Shown piece after piece: positions 26,653 to 38,348 of a DNA stretch of 64,000 nt (positions within the stretch are counted from its first letter, which is position 1; each line of letters starts with the position of its first letter). Source of the stretch: Hormiphora californensis (taxonomy: Eukaryota > Animalia > Ctenophora); NCBI GenBank assembly GCA_020137815.1, contig CM035353.1, positions 682,001 to 746,000 of the forward strand, in the 5' to 3' direction. A program made the translations under genes and the position numbers. The notes beneath the pieces were generated by a model. The model saw only the letters and a program-made list of their open reading frames with translations, did no database searches and was not told the DNA's origin.

Positions 26653-27140
26653 GTAAAACGAGATCTTATAAAAAACTCTGCTAGGGAATGTGATTGTGTT
26701 ATTCATCAACACGAAGTCCCATGTGACTGGCCACACGTGGTATACAGGACAACATGCATGGAGTGTGACAAGGGATACATAGGCGCAACGTCACGTCCAC
26801 TAAAAGACAGACTCGGCGAGCATGAGGCCTCCGTGAGACTTGGTACTAATACCTCTGCCCTGGGAGAGCATTGTCTTAATACCCACCCGGAGCTGGCCAC
26901 GGGGATCACAGGCAGAAGAGACTGGACCTCCTTCTTTGGCCTCTTCAAGGTCGATATCATTCGGAAATCCAGAGACACACTTGGCACCTTTTTAGCAGAA
27001 AGCCAAGAAATCACCAGAGGAAAACCGGAGTTAAACAGGAAAGAGGAGCTCAATGGATTTATCCACTAGACACTGTCTGATTTTCTGAAGGAGCACGATG
27101 TGGATTTCTTCTTTGATTCTTTTATTTGTTGTTATCCAAT

Positions 27141-27175
27141 TTCTTGATAAAGGATATTAAATCCGAAACGTTGAA
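27141..27175 (+). ncRNA. Minimal type I hammerhead ribozyme, U3-A8 variant, in Penelope pLTR
   Basis: TTC-TTGATAA-A-GGAT(ATTAA)ATCC-GAAACGTT-GAA. Confidence 0.78.
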
Positions 27176-27220
27176 TCATCTTGTCTTTGCTGTTTACAAC
27201 ATACACTCTCAATATCAAGG

Positions 27221-30061
27221 ATGAGACCTACTAAACCTAATTTCAATCCCATCCGCCACATCCCAATACACATTTGGCACCCAGAAAATTCTGGAGTTAT
27301 GGCAATGGTCGGCAGAGTAGTAAACGCAAACAAGAAAATTGGTAAACTCCAACAACAAATCAGCTTTTTACACCAGCTGAAGAATCACAAGCTCCTACCT
27401 AAGTCAATCACCAACATCCGCTTCCCACGACTGTTCACAGATATCCAAGGCACAACCACTACTGGACCCTTTCATCTCCTACAACACTCTGATGCTGTCT
27501 CCACAGTCAACAAACATCGACTACATTGGGAGAAACTAAAATCTCGTTTTCAACGTGCAACCCTGTCTTCAATGATCTCAGAGAAGTACGTGTCACTTCG
27601 TCTTGAAAAACATCGTCTAACGAGAGTGCATGAAAATCTATCTGATGTCCTGACCAACAAGCAACTCAATCTCACCCTGGCTACAGCTGCAAGAATCAGA
27701 TCTGAAACTGCAGCAACAGTGAAAGAGTCACATGACAGAAAGTTCGCTGCTAAAAAACATGGACTCGCCCCAAACCACCCTAACACCCAACATCGCCAAG
27801 GAACAGGAGGAACTGTCGCACATGTCGATGTATCAAGGTCTTCTGCAGAACTGGATCCCAACTGTCGGGACCTGATCTCACGAGGCCCTGGATACATGCT
27901 CACACCATCCTCTCGAAAATCCACACTTGCGGATACTGCAAATATCAATCTCGAGAGAACCATTTGTGCAATCAGGTACTGCAAATCTGCTCAAAACATT
28001 TCCACCTCCCCCACCATCCCCACACCTTCCCCCACTAACACTAACACTAGGAGAGGAAATGCCCCAGCATCTCTGAAGAAAGCAGCATCACAGTTTGAAC
28101 ATCGGGGAATCAAACCCCCAAGACGGGTGGATGATGACACAGAAAAGAACATCACTTTCCTACGAGACAAACTCCAACCTATCATCAAGTACAGCCCCAA
28201 TTCACCAACCTGGAAGTGGAAGAAGAATCACAGGAAAGAGGAATTGAACAGCTACAAGGAGACAGTCAAACGACCTGAAATTACCATCCTTCCCACTGAC
28301 AAAACTGGTAAAATCTGTGTGATGGACAGCGATGTTGTGGACTCCAAAATGACAGAACACCTGTCTAATGGCTGGGAACGCCTGTCAACGAAAGGAGACC
28401 CTTCAGCAAAGTACGAGAAGGAGGCTAACACTCTACTACATTCCTGCCTTAAAGATGCTGGTATCGTCGACAGTCATGTCATGAAACGACTAACAGCTAG
28501 ACACAGTAAAGCCCCTCCTTTATACCCCCTCGCCAAAGATCATAAGGGCTCCTTCCCGGATTGCAAAGTTAGGGTAGTTCAACCCATCCATGGCAGTGCA
28601 ATAGAGATACTTGACCTAATCACCAGCAAGGTCCTCACCCAAGTGTTACCCCACCTCAAACACAGGGTAAAAAGTGGCGATGAGTTCATTTCCAAGTGCC
28701 TCACGAGGAACACAGTCAATGGCCAACCCTACCAAGCATCCCTAGACATTGAGTCTATGTATCCCACACTTCCAACTTGTGACAAGGCACTCACGATCAT
28801 CAACCGGTACCTCCGACGCTATGACATCGACCTCCTAGGTTTCTCCCCACACCACATTACCACCATGATAAGGTTTGTTATGGATCACATCTATGCAGAG
28901 GCGGCCGGTGGCTACTACCGACAACTCACTGGGATAGGAACCGGATATCACTGTTCTGGTGCATACGCTGAGATCCTCGTTGACAACATGTACGAAAAGG
29001 CTCTCTCCCTTACACCAGCTTTGGAGCGACCCCTGACCCTGGCTTTATACGTCGATGATAGTCATAGCATGTGGAGAAAGAAAGAGCACTGTGACCAATT
29101 TGTCTCTAACCTTAACAACATCTGGCCATCAGTACGGTTCACGAGAGAAGAACCTTCCCCCGGAAAGCAGACTGGATCTACTGAGCTGAGTTTCCTCGAC
29201 ATCCTAGTCCGCACAGTTGTATTACCAACTTCAACCTATTACGGACTTGAGTGGGAGCTCTTCCAAAAAGCTACTCACAGCGGGAGATACCTTCACTACG
29301 ACTCACATTGTGAGCAGACTATCAAGCTCAACATTGTGAGAACGGAATCCAGGCGTGTTCTCAACCGATGCTCGACCAGAGAACTAGCATACCCCCACCT
29401 AGAAAGGTTAAGAATTAATCTGGCGGATTCTGGATACCCCTGGACAACCATCAGCAACATCATCGCTACTGAGCTCAACAAAATCCCTACACCCCGACCT
29501 TCCAACCATTCTAAGGAAGCGGACTTCCTCCTAAAAGTTCCCTACACCAACGAGGCTGCACTAAGGAAGATCAGGAATGTCGTAAAGAAATGCTCACTGC
29601 CCATCAGAATCACCACAACCTCGGGTAGCAAAGTAGAGTCTCTTGTAAAACGAGATCTTATAAAAAACTCTGCTAGGGAATGTGATTGTGTTATTCATCA
29701 ACACGAAGTCCCATGTGACTGGCCACACGTGGTATACAGGACAACATGCATGGAGTGTGACAAGGGATACATAGGCGCAACGTCACGTCCACTAAAAGAC
29801 AGACTCGGCGAGCATGAGGCCTCCGTGAGACTTGGTACTAATACCTCTGCCCTGGGAGAGCATTGTCTTAATACCCACCCGGAGCTGGCCACGGGGATCA
29901 CAGGCAGAAGAGACTGGACCTCCTTCTTTGGCCTCTTCAAGGTCGATATCATTCGGAAATCCAGAGACACACTTGGCACCTTTTTAGCAGAAAGCCAAGA
30001 AATCACCAGAGGAAAACCGGAGTTAAACAGGAAAGAGGAGCTCAAGGGATTTATCCACTAG
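27221..30061 (+). CDS. Intact Penelope-like element ORF: reverse transcriptase plus GIY-YIG endonuclease (946 aa)
   Basis: ILPTDKTG, SLDIESMYP, GIGTG, LYVDD, FLDI; VVYRTTCMECDKGYIGAT..RLGEH..H; flanked by pseudo-LTR repeats. Confidence 0.96.
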   Translation: MRPTKPNFNPIRHIPIHIWHPENSGVMAMVGRVVNANKKIGKLQQQISFLHQLKNHKLLPKSITNIRFPRLFTDIQGTTTTGPFHLLQHSDAVSTVNKHRLHWEKLKSRFQRATLSSMISEKYVSLRLEKHRLTRVHENLSDVLTNKQLNLTLATAARIRSETAATVKESHDRKFAAKKHGLAPNHPNTQHRQGTGGTVAHVDVSRSSAELDPNCRDLISRGPGYMLTPSSRKSTLADTANINLERTICAIRYCKSAQNISTSPTIPTPSPTNTNTRRGNAPASLKKAASQFEHRGIKPPRRVDDDTEKNITFLRDKLQPIIKYSPNSPTWKWKKNHRKEELNSYKETVKRPEITILPTDKTGKICVMDSDVVDSKMTEHLSNGWERLSTKGDPSAKYEKEANTLLHSCLKDAGIVDSHVMKRLTARHSKAPPLYPLAKDHKGSFPDCKVRVVQPIHGSAIEILDLITSKVLTQVLPHLKHRVKSGDEFISKCLTRNTVNGQPYQASLDIESMYPTLPTCDKALTIINRYLRRYDIDLLGFSPHHITTMIRFVMDHIYAEAAGGYYRQLTGIGTGYHCSGAYAEILVDNMYEKALSLTPALERPLTLALYVDDSHSMWRKKEHCDQFVSNLNNIWPSVRFTREEPSPGKQTGSTELSFLDILVRTVVLPTSTYYGLEWELFQKATHSGRYLHYDSHCEQTIKLNIVRTESRRVLNRCSTRELAYPHLERLRINLADSGYPWTTISNIIATELNKIPTPRPSNHSKEADFLLKVPYTNEAALRKIRNVVKKCSLPIRITTTSGSKVESLVKRDLIKNSARECDCVIHQHEVPCDWPHVVYRTTCMECDKGYIGATSRPLKDRLGEHEASVRLGTNTSALGEHCLNTHPELATGITGRRDWTSFFGLFKVDIIRKSRDTLGTFLAESQEITRGKPELNRKEELKGFIH

Positions 30062-30132
30062 ACACTGTCTGATTTTCTGAAGGAGCACGATGTGGATTTC
30101 TTCTTTGATTCTTTTATTTGTTGTTATCCAAT

Positions 30133-30167
30133 TTCTTGATAAAGGATATTAAATCCGAAACGTTGAA
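30133..30167 (+). ncRNA. Minimal hammerhead ribozyme copy
   Basis: Identical to 27141-27175. Confidence 0.78.
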
Positions 30168-30231
30168 TCATCTTGTCTTTGCTGTTTACAACATACACTC
30201 TCAATATCAAGGATGAGACCTACTAAACCTA

Positions 30232-31590
30232 GGTTCACTTACCGTTTATAGAAGAACCATAGTACAGTGGTTAGAGCATTGCAAACGGTTCACTTACCGT
30301 TTATAGAGGTCAGTGGTCAGAGCATTGACGGTTCACTTACCGTTTATAGAGGTCAGTGGTCAGAGCATTGACGGTTCACTTACCGTTTATAGAGGAGCCA
30401 TAGTACAGTGGTCAGACTCAGAGCATTGACGCGGTTCACTTACCGTTTATAGAGGTCAGTGGTCAGAGCATTGACGGTTCACTTACCGTTTATAGAGGTC
30501 AGTGGTCAGAGCATTGCATACGGTTCACTTACCGTTTATAGAGGTCAGTGGTCAGAGCATTGCTGACGGTTCACTTACCGTTTATAGAGGTCAGTGGTCA
30601 GAGCATTGACGGTTCACTTACCGTTTATAGAGGTCAGTAGTCAGAGCATAGACGGTTCACTTACCGTTTATAGAGGTCAGTAGTCAGAGCATTCACGGTT
30701 CACTTACCGTTTATAGAAGAACCATAGTACAGTGGTTAGAGCATTGCAAACGGTTCACTTACCGTTTATAGAGGTCAGTGGTCAGAGCATTGCTGACGGT
30801 TCACTTACCGTTTATAGAGGTCAGTGATCAGAGCATTGACGGTTCACTTACCGTTTATAGAGGTCAGTGGTCAGAGCATTGACGGTTCACTTACCGTTTA
30901 TAGAGGAGCCATAGTACAGTGGTCAGACTCAGAGCATTGACGCGGTTCACTTACCGTTTATAGAGGTCAGTGGTCAGAGCATTGACGGTTCACTTACCGT
31001 TTATAGAGGTCAGTGGTCAGAGCATTGCATACGGTTCACTTACCGTTTATAGAGGTCAGTGGTCAGAGCATTGCTGACGGTTCACTTACCGTTTATAGAG
31101 GTCAGTGGTCAGAGCATTGACGGTTCACTTACCGTTTATAGAGGTCAGTAGTCAGAGCATAGACGGTTCACTTACCGTTTATAGAGGTCAGTAGTCAGAG
31201 CATTCACGGTTCACTTACCGTTTATAGAGGTCAGTGGTCAGAGCATTGCTGACGGTTCACTTACCGTTTATAGAAGAACCATAGTACAGTGGTTAGAGCA
31301 TTGCAAACGGTTCACTTACCGTTTATAGAGGAGCCATAGTACAGTGAGGCGGTTCACTTACCGTTTATAGAGGAGCCATAGTACAGTGAGACGGTTCACT
31401 TACCGTTTATAGAGGTCAGTGGTCAGAGCATTGACGGTTCACTTACCGTTTATAGAGGTCAGTGGTCAGAGCATTGACGGTTCACTTACCGTTTATAGAG
31501 GTCAGTGGTCAGAGCATTGACGGTTCACTTACCGTTTATAGAGGTCAGTGGTCAGAGCATTGCATACGGTCCACTTACCGTTTATAGAAG
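30232..31590 (-). repeat. 43-bp splice-donor minisatellite (right part) with higher-order variant pattern
   Basis: Same unit as 18432-19137; merges into the real exon end at 31579. Confidence 0.92.
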
Positions 31591-32016
31591 AACCATAGTA
31601 CAGTGATGCTGTGTCCTTGATCCAAAACTTTAAGTAAGGGACATCTTTGTCCAATTTGGAGCATGAGTTCTCCGTGAAATTGTACTCGAGCACGATCACC
31701 CCATTACACACAATGGTAAGGACCGTACTATTCTTGGACATCTGCCAGATTTTAGTTTCCGTGTCCACGGGAGGAGTTGTAAAATCCATCCAATCGCCGC
31801 ACCCGGTGTAGTATTTGATCCTAAGTTTAGGGTTGGGCGAGTAAAACATTATCAAAATGCTTCCTCGAAAAGAGGTGGTATCATTTTCATTGTTGTTTTT
31901 GTAGAAACTAAGTGCTATTTGTTCCTCACTCCCTGTTACAGATTCCGTCTGGATAAGAAGAGGCTTCTCGCCAATATCCCATTCTGTGTACTCCCCATAG
32001 GGAATACCCCAACACT
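31579..32016 (-). CDS. Phase 1-1 coding exon of an uncharacterised, probably extracellular beta-rich domain protein
   Basis: CATCAG acceptor and G|GTAAGT donor; 438 nt open: ECWGIPYGEYTEWDIGEKPLLIQTESVTGS...YYGSSIN. Confidence 0.7.
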
Positions 32017-32737
32017 CTGATGGGAAATAATACATGTCACAAATTACTATCGTTCTATAGTTACTTCACAATCAGACTGGTTTTAACATCAAGAGCAAGA
32101 TAATGAACCTGTCCCAGGAACCTCTTCAAAATATTATGCAATAATAGGGGTGACTTCGTAACCAAACTGATTTGTTGGTTGGCAGTTAATATAACAGTTG
32201 GTACAACGCTAAGAAATTCATGCCCAATCTTGAACGAGAGTTCCGTGTACCCGGGGACGCGTGCAGAGGAACCGGAATAGCCGCTTCCCTCTCCAGAGGA
32301 TGATCTCATCCTTCGTACATTCCTGCCCGCTCCCTGGGCCGAAAATCACGTGAGTCTGTGTCGACGAGCGACGAATATTCCAATGGTAAAACGACGATCT
32401 AATTCTTCGTTTGAATAGAATATTAACATTACCGGGACGAAGAAATATTGCGCATGTGCTAACAAAACCTTCGCCTATCCATTGGCCTGGACGATGATTT
32501 TCTTCGTTCAAACATGTGATGTAATAGAATGGGGAAAGGACGAAATTTTGGTACGTCCGGTCGTGGAGAATACCATCATCGGGAGCGTGGAGGAATGGGC
32601 CTGTGCAGAGTGGGACGGAGAGAATGGGAAACCCAGTTCATTTTTGTTTAGTTTTTGTTACTCAACAAGTTCATTGGCAGTTCCACAAACCACACCCGAT
32701 TCATGATTTCCTCTCCACATAAATGATGCTACAATTT

Positions 32738-32775
<38 letters not shown>

Positions 32776-32909
32776 CTTTCCCTCTACTCTTCTCTTTCCC
32801 TTCTCCTCATCTCTCTCCCTATTTTTTCCTTCTCTCTCTCTCTCTCTCTTTCTATCTCTCTCTCTCTTTCTCTATCGAATCTCTCTTTCTCTATCGAATC
32901 TCTCTCTCA

Positions 32910-32974
<65 letters not shown>

Positions 32975-32982
<8 letters not shown>

Positions 32983-33200
32983 GTGACTGCTCCACTACTC
33001 GCACCTCGACCAATCACACTGCGCTATCCCTATCACGTGATCTGCACGTGCCCATTGACGTGGGCTAACATAGCACGCAATTATTCCTTTTTTGGAAGTC
33101 ACTTCAGCTGCACGTGGTCATCCTGGGATGTCACGTGCCTCTCCTGGACTCTCATGTGACCCTCAATCTAACCTGCTATTGGCTTAGCAATACCACGTGA
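32975..33200. promoter_or_regulatory. Cluster of six CACGTG E-boxes plus CCAAT boxes between divergent genes
   Basis: CACGTG near 32980, 33034, 33046, 33111, 33133, 33194; CCAAT at ~33010 and ATTGG at ~33178. Confidence 0.5.
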
Positions 33201-33306
33201 CAGAACTATAGAAATGAGAGGAGAGAGAGCTCGTAGAGTGTTATGCAATACGCTAGTGTACTCTCTCTCTCCCTCTGTGTGTGGCTGCGTCTGTGTGTAC
33301 ACGTGT

Positions 33307-33607
33307 CAGGGGTGTAGGAATAGGGGGGGCGAGGGGGGCGGCCGCCCCCCCACTTTTGGCCAGGTTCGCCCCCTCACTTCTGTCACCAACAGTCAACACT
33401 CACTCCCAAATGACGAAATCATGACTTTTTGGCTCAAAACCCTAAAAATTTTCTCGGGCTCCGCTGTCGCTCCGCCCGATGTATGGTAAATGCAGTGGAA
33501 TAGGTGACTAAATCTTGCTCACAAAAAAATTTCTTGGGCGCTGTCCAGCGCTATAATTGGTCACGTGACTTCGCCCCCTCACTTGAAAAATCATTCCTAC
33601 ACCCCTG
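33307..33607. mobile_element. hAT-type MITE with 8-bp TSD ACACGTGT
   Basis: TIR CAGGGGTGTAGGAAT/ATTCCTACACCCCTG; TSD 33299-33306 and 33608-33615. Confidence 0.9.
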
Positions 33608-34029
33608 ACACGTGTGTACATTATGTGCTTCCCAGGGATCTCTCTCATGTCTCTGTTTCCTCCTTCATTCGCCCCCGCTGCTGATCAGTCTCACTTTATA
33701 GTAGCAGTAGCAGTGCTGACCGTTATATGTTTATCTTTTCGTTCTCCCGATAACGTGATGACGTGTCCTTACTGTTGTAATATATTCTCTTTGCTGCCTT
33801 TCCCATTTATCATTATTCATTCCCCTGTATCATGTCTGCCATTTTCAAAACTGTCTTCTGCCTTATTGTCATACTTTTAGATCTGACCACTATTGATCTC
33901 TACCGTAGTCTACCTAGTTCTTCTAGAGTAGATCGACGCGAACAGAATTTGGTTTGCTCAGCCTCACAGTGTGAGCTGCACAACATTTAAATTTACTTCT
34001 GTTATAATAGCCATGCGATACTTCTTAAA

Positions 34030-34409
34030 ATGACGAACCAAGAAACCAAAACCTCATCCTCCCCCTCTGGGGAACAAGATCAGAATATCGACACGTTCGA
34101 GTGTAACATCTGTCTAGACACTGCAAAGGAAGCTGTAATAAGTTTATGTGGGCACCTCTTCTGTTGGCCATGCCTCCACAGGTAAGAATTTTTGTATTTG
34201 TGAGTTGCTAGGCAACCCTCCCCAGTCTCTCTCACTGTTCAAACCACCCCTCCCAGTCTCTTTCACTGTTCAAACCACCCCTCCCAGTCTCGTTCACTGT
34301 TCAAACCACCCCTCCCCAGTCTCTCACTGTTCAAACACCCCCTCCCAGTCTCTCTCACTGTTCAAACCACCCCTCCCCAGTCTCTCTCACTGTTTAAACC
34401 ACCCCTCCC

Positions 34410-34480
<71 letters not shown>

Positions 34481-34698
34481 TCTCTCTCACACTGTTCAAC
34501 CACCCCTCCCCAGTCTCTCTTTTAATGTCATGCTTCTTTTTCTTTTGTTTTTTCTCGGGCTCTAAAAATGTTTACTCTAGTGAATCTCGCCACACGTCTT
34601 CTCAGCTTCCAAATTGGCCCGTAGCCGTAGGCATGGTTACGTGTAATATTGAACTCTATTTATACATTTGCTCTGTTATAGCTGTAACCACTAATTTC

Positions 34699-34744
<46 letters not shown>

Positions 34745-35565
34745 CTGTCTCTCTCTCTCTCTCTCTCCCCTGTCTCTCTCTCCCCTGGTGACATTGACAC
34801 CGAGATCGAGCTCGCACATAGGTGTCCGCTCCGCCCCTAAAAAAGGGTCGTGTCTTTCAAGCCAAATTGCACGCGATCCACTGGACCGATTTGCATCCGG
34901 TTTGTCGCAAAAGACTACAAATTGGTCCTAGTTTACTAGAAAATACCCGAGAAGTTTGTCTGTCGACAGGAAGTGGGTCAAAATTGACACTGAAGTCAAA
35001 TCTTTAATCTGGCTTCCGAGCCTTTTTGCACCACTCCCAGACGGTGTAGAATGAATCTGAGGGTATCAGAAGATAGGTTGAACTCTTGTGAGTACTGGAA
35101 AATACCCGGCATTAATAGCTGATGCTAATTGCATCAACATATCTCCCAATATCTTCTAAATCGCATGGGCGTAGTGCAGAAACTCTCGGAAGCCAGATTA
35201 TAGGTTTGACTTCAGTGTCAATTTTGACCCACTTCCTGTTGACAGACAAACTTCTCGGGTATTTTGCAGTATATTAGGATCATTTGTAGTCTTTTGCGAC
35301 AAACCGGATGCAAATCGGTCCAGTGGATTGCGTGCAACATCCCTTGAAAGAAACGACCCTTTTTGAGGCGGAGCAGACACCTGTGTGTGAGCTCAATCTT
35401 GGTCGCGCACGGTGTCTATGTCACCAACTCTCTCCCTATCTCTATCCCTATCTCTCTCCGCTATCTCAGCTCTCTCCCCTATCTCTCTGTTTTTCAGTTT
35501 TCTCTCTTTGTCTTTATCTCTGACTCTCTCCTATATCTCTCCCCTATCTCTCCCTCTCCGCTATC

Positions 35566-35648
<83 letters not shown>

Positions 35649-36544
35649 CTTTATATCCAAACTCACTACCACAGGTGGTTGGAAGTCGGTAATGACCCGA
35701 TGAGAACTGAGGGTTCTCTGTGTCCAGTTTGTAAAGCCGGAATCAGCAAAGAAAACATCATCCCAGTGTAAGTATAGTGTTTAGTACAGTGTTTGAGTAC
35801 AGTACGATTTACCGGAACCCTGATTCACCACTTGGTTACGAAGTCACCCCTATTATTGCATCCGTGAGCTAGCGCAGAGGGGGAATTCCATTACCAAATT
35901 CACCACCCACCGGGAATATCGAGTTATACCTTGTGCTGTTGCACCTCCCCCGCGCCCCCATACCCATTCTATTCTGTTATTTTCCTTGATATTTGGGGAT
36001 TCCAATGAAGCTCAAGTAACAACCTCATTAAACTTCTCAATACAACCCCCGTTTTATTTCTATAGGTTATTATATTCTCCCGTCTTTAGTGACCTTCTTT
36101 ATATCCTTGTCAACGGTCCCTTGAACTGTTCATACTGTCTCGGCATTCCCCCGTGAGTTTCTTCTTGTCCCCTCCTCCTATCTGACCCATCCCCCTCCTA
36201 TCTGTAGGTATGGCCGTGGTGGCAGCAAGGAAGATCCCCGCAACAAGACACCACCCCGTCCACCCGGCCAGCGGCCAGCCCCAGAACGAAGTACAGGACC
36301 CAACGGACAAAACAGGGCTGGCCTGGGTTTTGGGGAGGGCTTTACCCTGAGTTTTGGGATCGGTGCCTTTCCCTTCAGTTTCCTGGCCACCTCGTTCGGA
36401 AATGCAGGGTTTATTGACAATACTCAATTCGGACACTTTGGCCAGGTCAACCTCAACCGGCCACAGAACCCTGAGGACCGGTTTCTATCACAGTTGTTTG
36501 CTTGGTGTGCCATTCTCTTTGTCCTTTGGATCATGTTCACGTGA
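34030..36544 (+). CDS. RNF185: RING E3 ubiquitin ligase RNF5/RNF185; exons 34030-34181, 35675-35767, 36208-36544
   Basis: [71 protein letters not shown] plus C-terminal TM segment. Confidence 0.93.
34215..34520. repeat. ~30-bp intronic tandem repeat (CACTGTTCAAACCACCCCTCCCCAGTCTCT)
   Basis: Direct inspection. Confidence 0.85.
34796..35417. mobile_element. Diverged foldback MITE (~235-bp imperfect arms) in RNF185 intron 1
   Basis: Mirrored ORFs 34822+/35198-. Confidence 0.75.
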
Positions 36545-36842
36545 CAGGTCACGTGACACATGTATTCACGTGCTACGTCAGAACTCAGATGAATGTGTAT
36601 ATAATAGTGTTGAATTCCGGGTTGCTATAACAACGCTCTGTCTCAGACCTTTGAAAGTAATAACGCAGACAAACAGGTTTTTAGAGTCTAAGGTAAGTGA
36701 GATAAGTTCAGTGGCATAAAACATGTGGTTCTTGTCTCTCAGATTGGCCTGACAAGTTCTTGTTGAGTTCAATAATGTTGTGAACTGCATTGACGGATGC
36801 ATTGACTGTTTCAGGAATTCTAATACATTTTTTACAATTTAA

Positions 36843-38089
36843 AGGTTGGTAAGATGCCTAAAACTTTTCTTCTAACGTGTTGGGCAAAAAAATGTCCCCC
36901 CTAGACTAGCATAGTTCCAGATATCGTAGAGCTCTAAAATTTTGCACAGTTACTCTATGGGACAAATAAATAAGTTCCACAAAATTTCAGACTTTTAGCT
37001 CAAAGTTCATTTTTTTGATCGGAATGAACATTATTATTCATTCCAAAAAACATGATTTTTCGGTCCAGAAGCCAAGCAATTGTCTTTGGCTCTCGATTTT
37101 CTTTCAAATGCGACCAAGAAAAGCCAAAACGGACAACCACATGGCACACAGTGGTCATGTTTCTGACAGTTAGCCAGGTCATGTGATCCCCACCGAATCC
37201 GTGTAATTTATTCAGAATTGCTAATCATGCTTAGTGGTGGAGAATCACGTATCACAGCTGCTAATGAGGGATGACGATGACTATTGGTCATGAGATCCGA
37301 AGCTCATTAACAAGTGGCCTCTTTACCCAAGTGATGCCGAATCAGATGTCGCTTTTTCGATACACATCCCTCATTAGCGACTGTGATACGTGATTCTTTC
37401 CCACTAAGCCTGATTAGCAACTCACGATTCGGTGGGGATCAAATGACCTGGCTAACTGTCAGAAACATGACCACTGTGTGCCATGTGGTTGTCCGTTTTG
37501 GCTTTTCTTGGTCGCATTTGAAAGAAAATCGAGAGCCAAAGACAATTGCTTGGCTTCTGGACCGAAAGATCATGTTTTTTGGAATGAATAACAATGTTCA
37601 TTCCGATCAAAAAAATGAACTTTGAGCTAAAAGTCTGAAATTTTGTGGAACTTATTTATTTGTCCCATAGAGTAACTGTGTAAAATTTTAGAGCTCTACG
37701 ATATCTGGAACTATGCTAGTCTAGGGGGGACTTTTTTTTCCCAACACGTTATCTTATTTTTTCGATTTTCAGGAGTTTTAAGCTTTTTTCAGATTCTTTT
37801 TATGTAGAAAAACATTCCAAATCAGTGCGCTTTCCAACTCCCAGCCGCATCACTTTAAACATTCTTGTGCTGAAAAAGTGCAATGCAGCTGAAATCGACA
37901 TTAGAATAAACTGTTTCAGCACGAGATTGTTAAAAGTCGCACGGCTGGGCGTTGGAAAGCGCTCGGATTTGGAATATTTTTCTACACAACAACAAAAAAT
38001 CTGAAAAAGTGATTACACAATAAAACTCCTGAAAAATTGAAAAAAATAAGATGGATGTAGAAGAAAAGTTTTAGGTATCTTGTCAGCCT
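36843..38089. mobile_element. Older palindromic element with AGG..CCT ends and TTAA TSD (Kolobok-like), carrying a nested insertion
   Basis: TTAA-AGGTTGGTAAGATGCCTAAAACTTTTCTTCTA ... TAGAAGAAAAGTTTTAGGTATCTTGTCAGCCT-TTAA. Confidence 0.7.
36875..37749. mobile_element. Palindromic MITE flanked by TA (Tc1/mariner-like), ~400-bp arms
   Basis: TA-ACGTGTTGGG...CCCAACACGT-TA; mirrored ORFs 37000-/37383+. Confidence 0.85.
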
Positions 38090-38348
38090 TTAAAAATTTA
38101 AATTTTTTACAATTGTCAAACTAAATTTCAGCTGAGCTGAGTGACGGTGAATTTTCAGAGAAAATTACTTGTAATGATCTTAAAGTTCTCTATAAATATG
38201 CTAATTAAATATATGATCGTCTCTTATAATAGCCTCACATCCAACCTTCTCCATACATACCTACACTTTCGTCTCAAATAGCATCAGATCTTTATCTGAT
38301 CTCTATATTACCTCTAGCTGATCTATATATTGCCTCTAGCTGAGCGAG

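Larger units (their letters stand above)
19138..30231. mobile_element. Composite Penelope-like element insertion (tandem plus inverted copies); 12-bp TSD GGTTCACTTACC
   Basis: Minus copies at 19138-26652 and plus copies at 26650-30231; TSD 19126-19137 and 30232-30243. Confidence 0.92.

Noticed and set aside
18432-31590. CRISPR-like array next to an RT/nuclease ORF
   Set aside because: There are no unique spacers, the unit derives from a splice junction, and the ORF is a Penelope element
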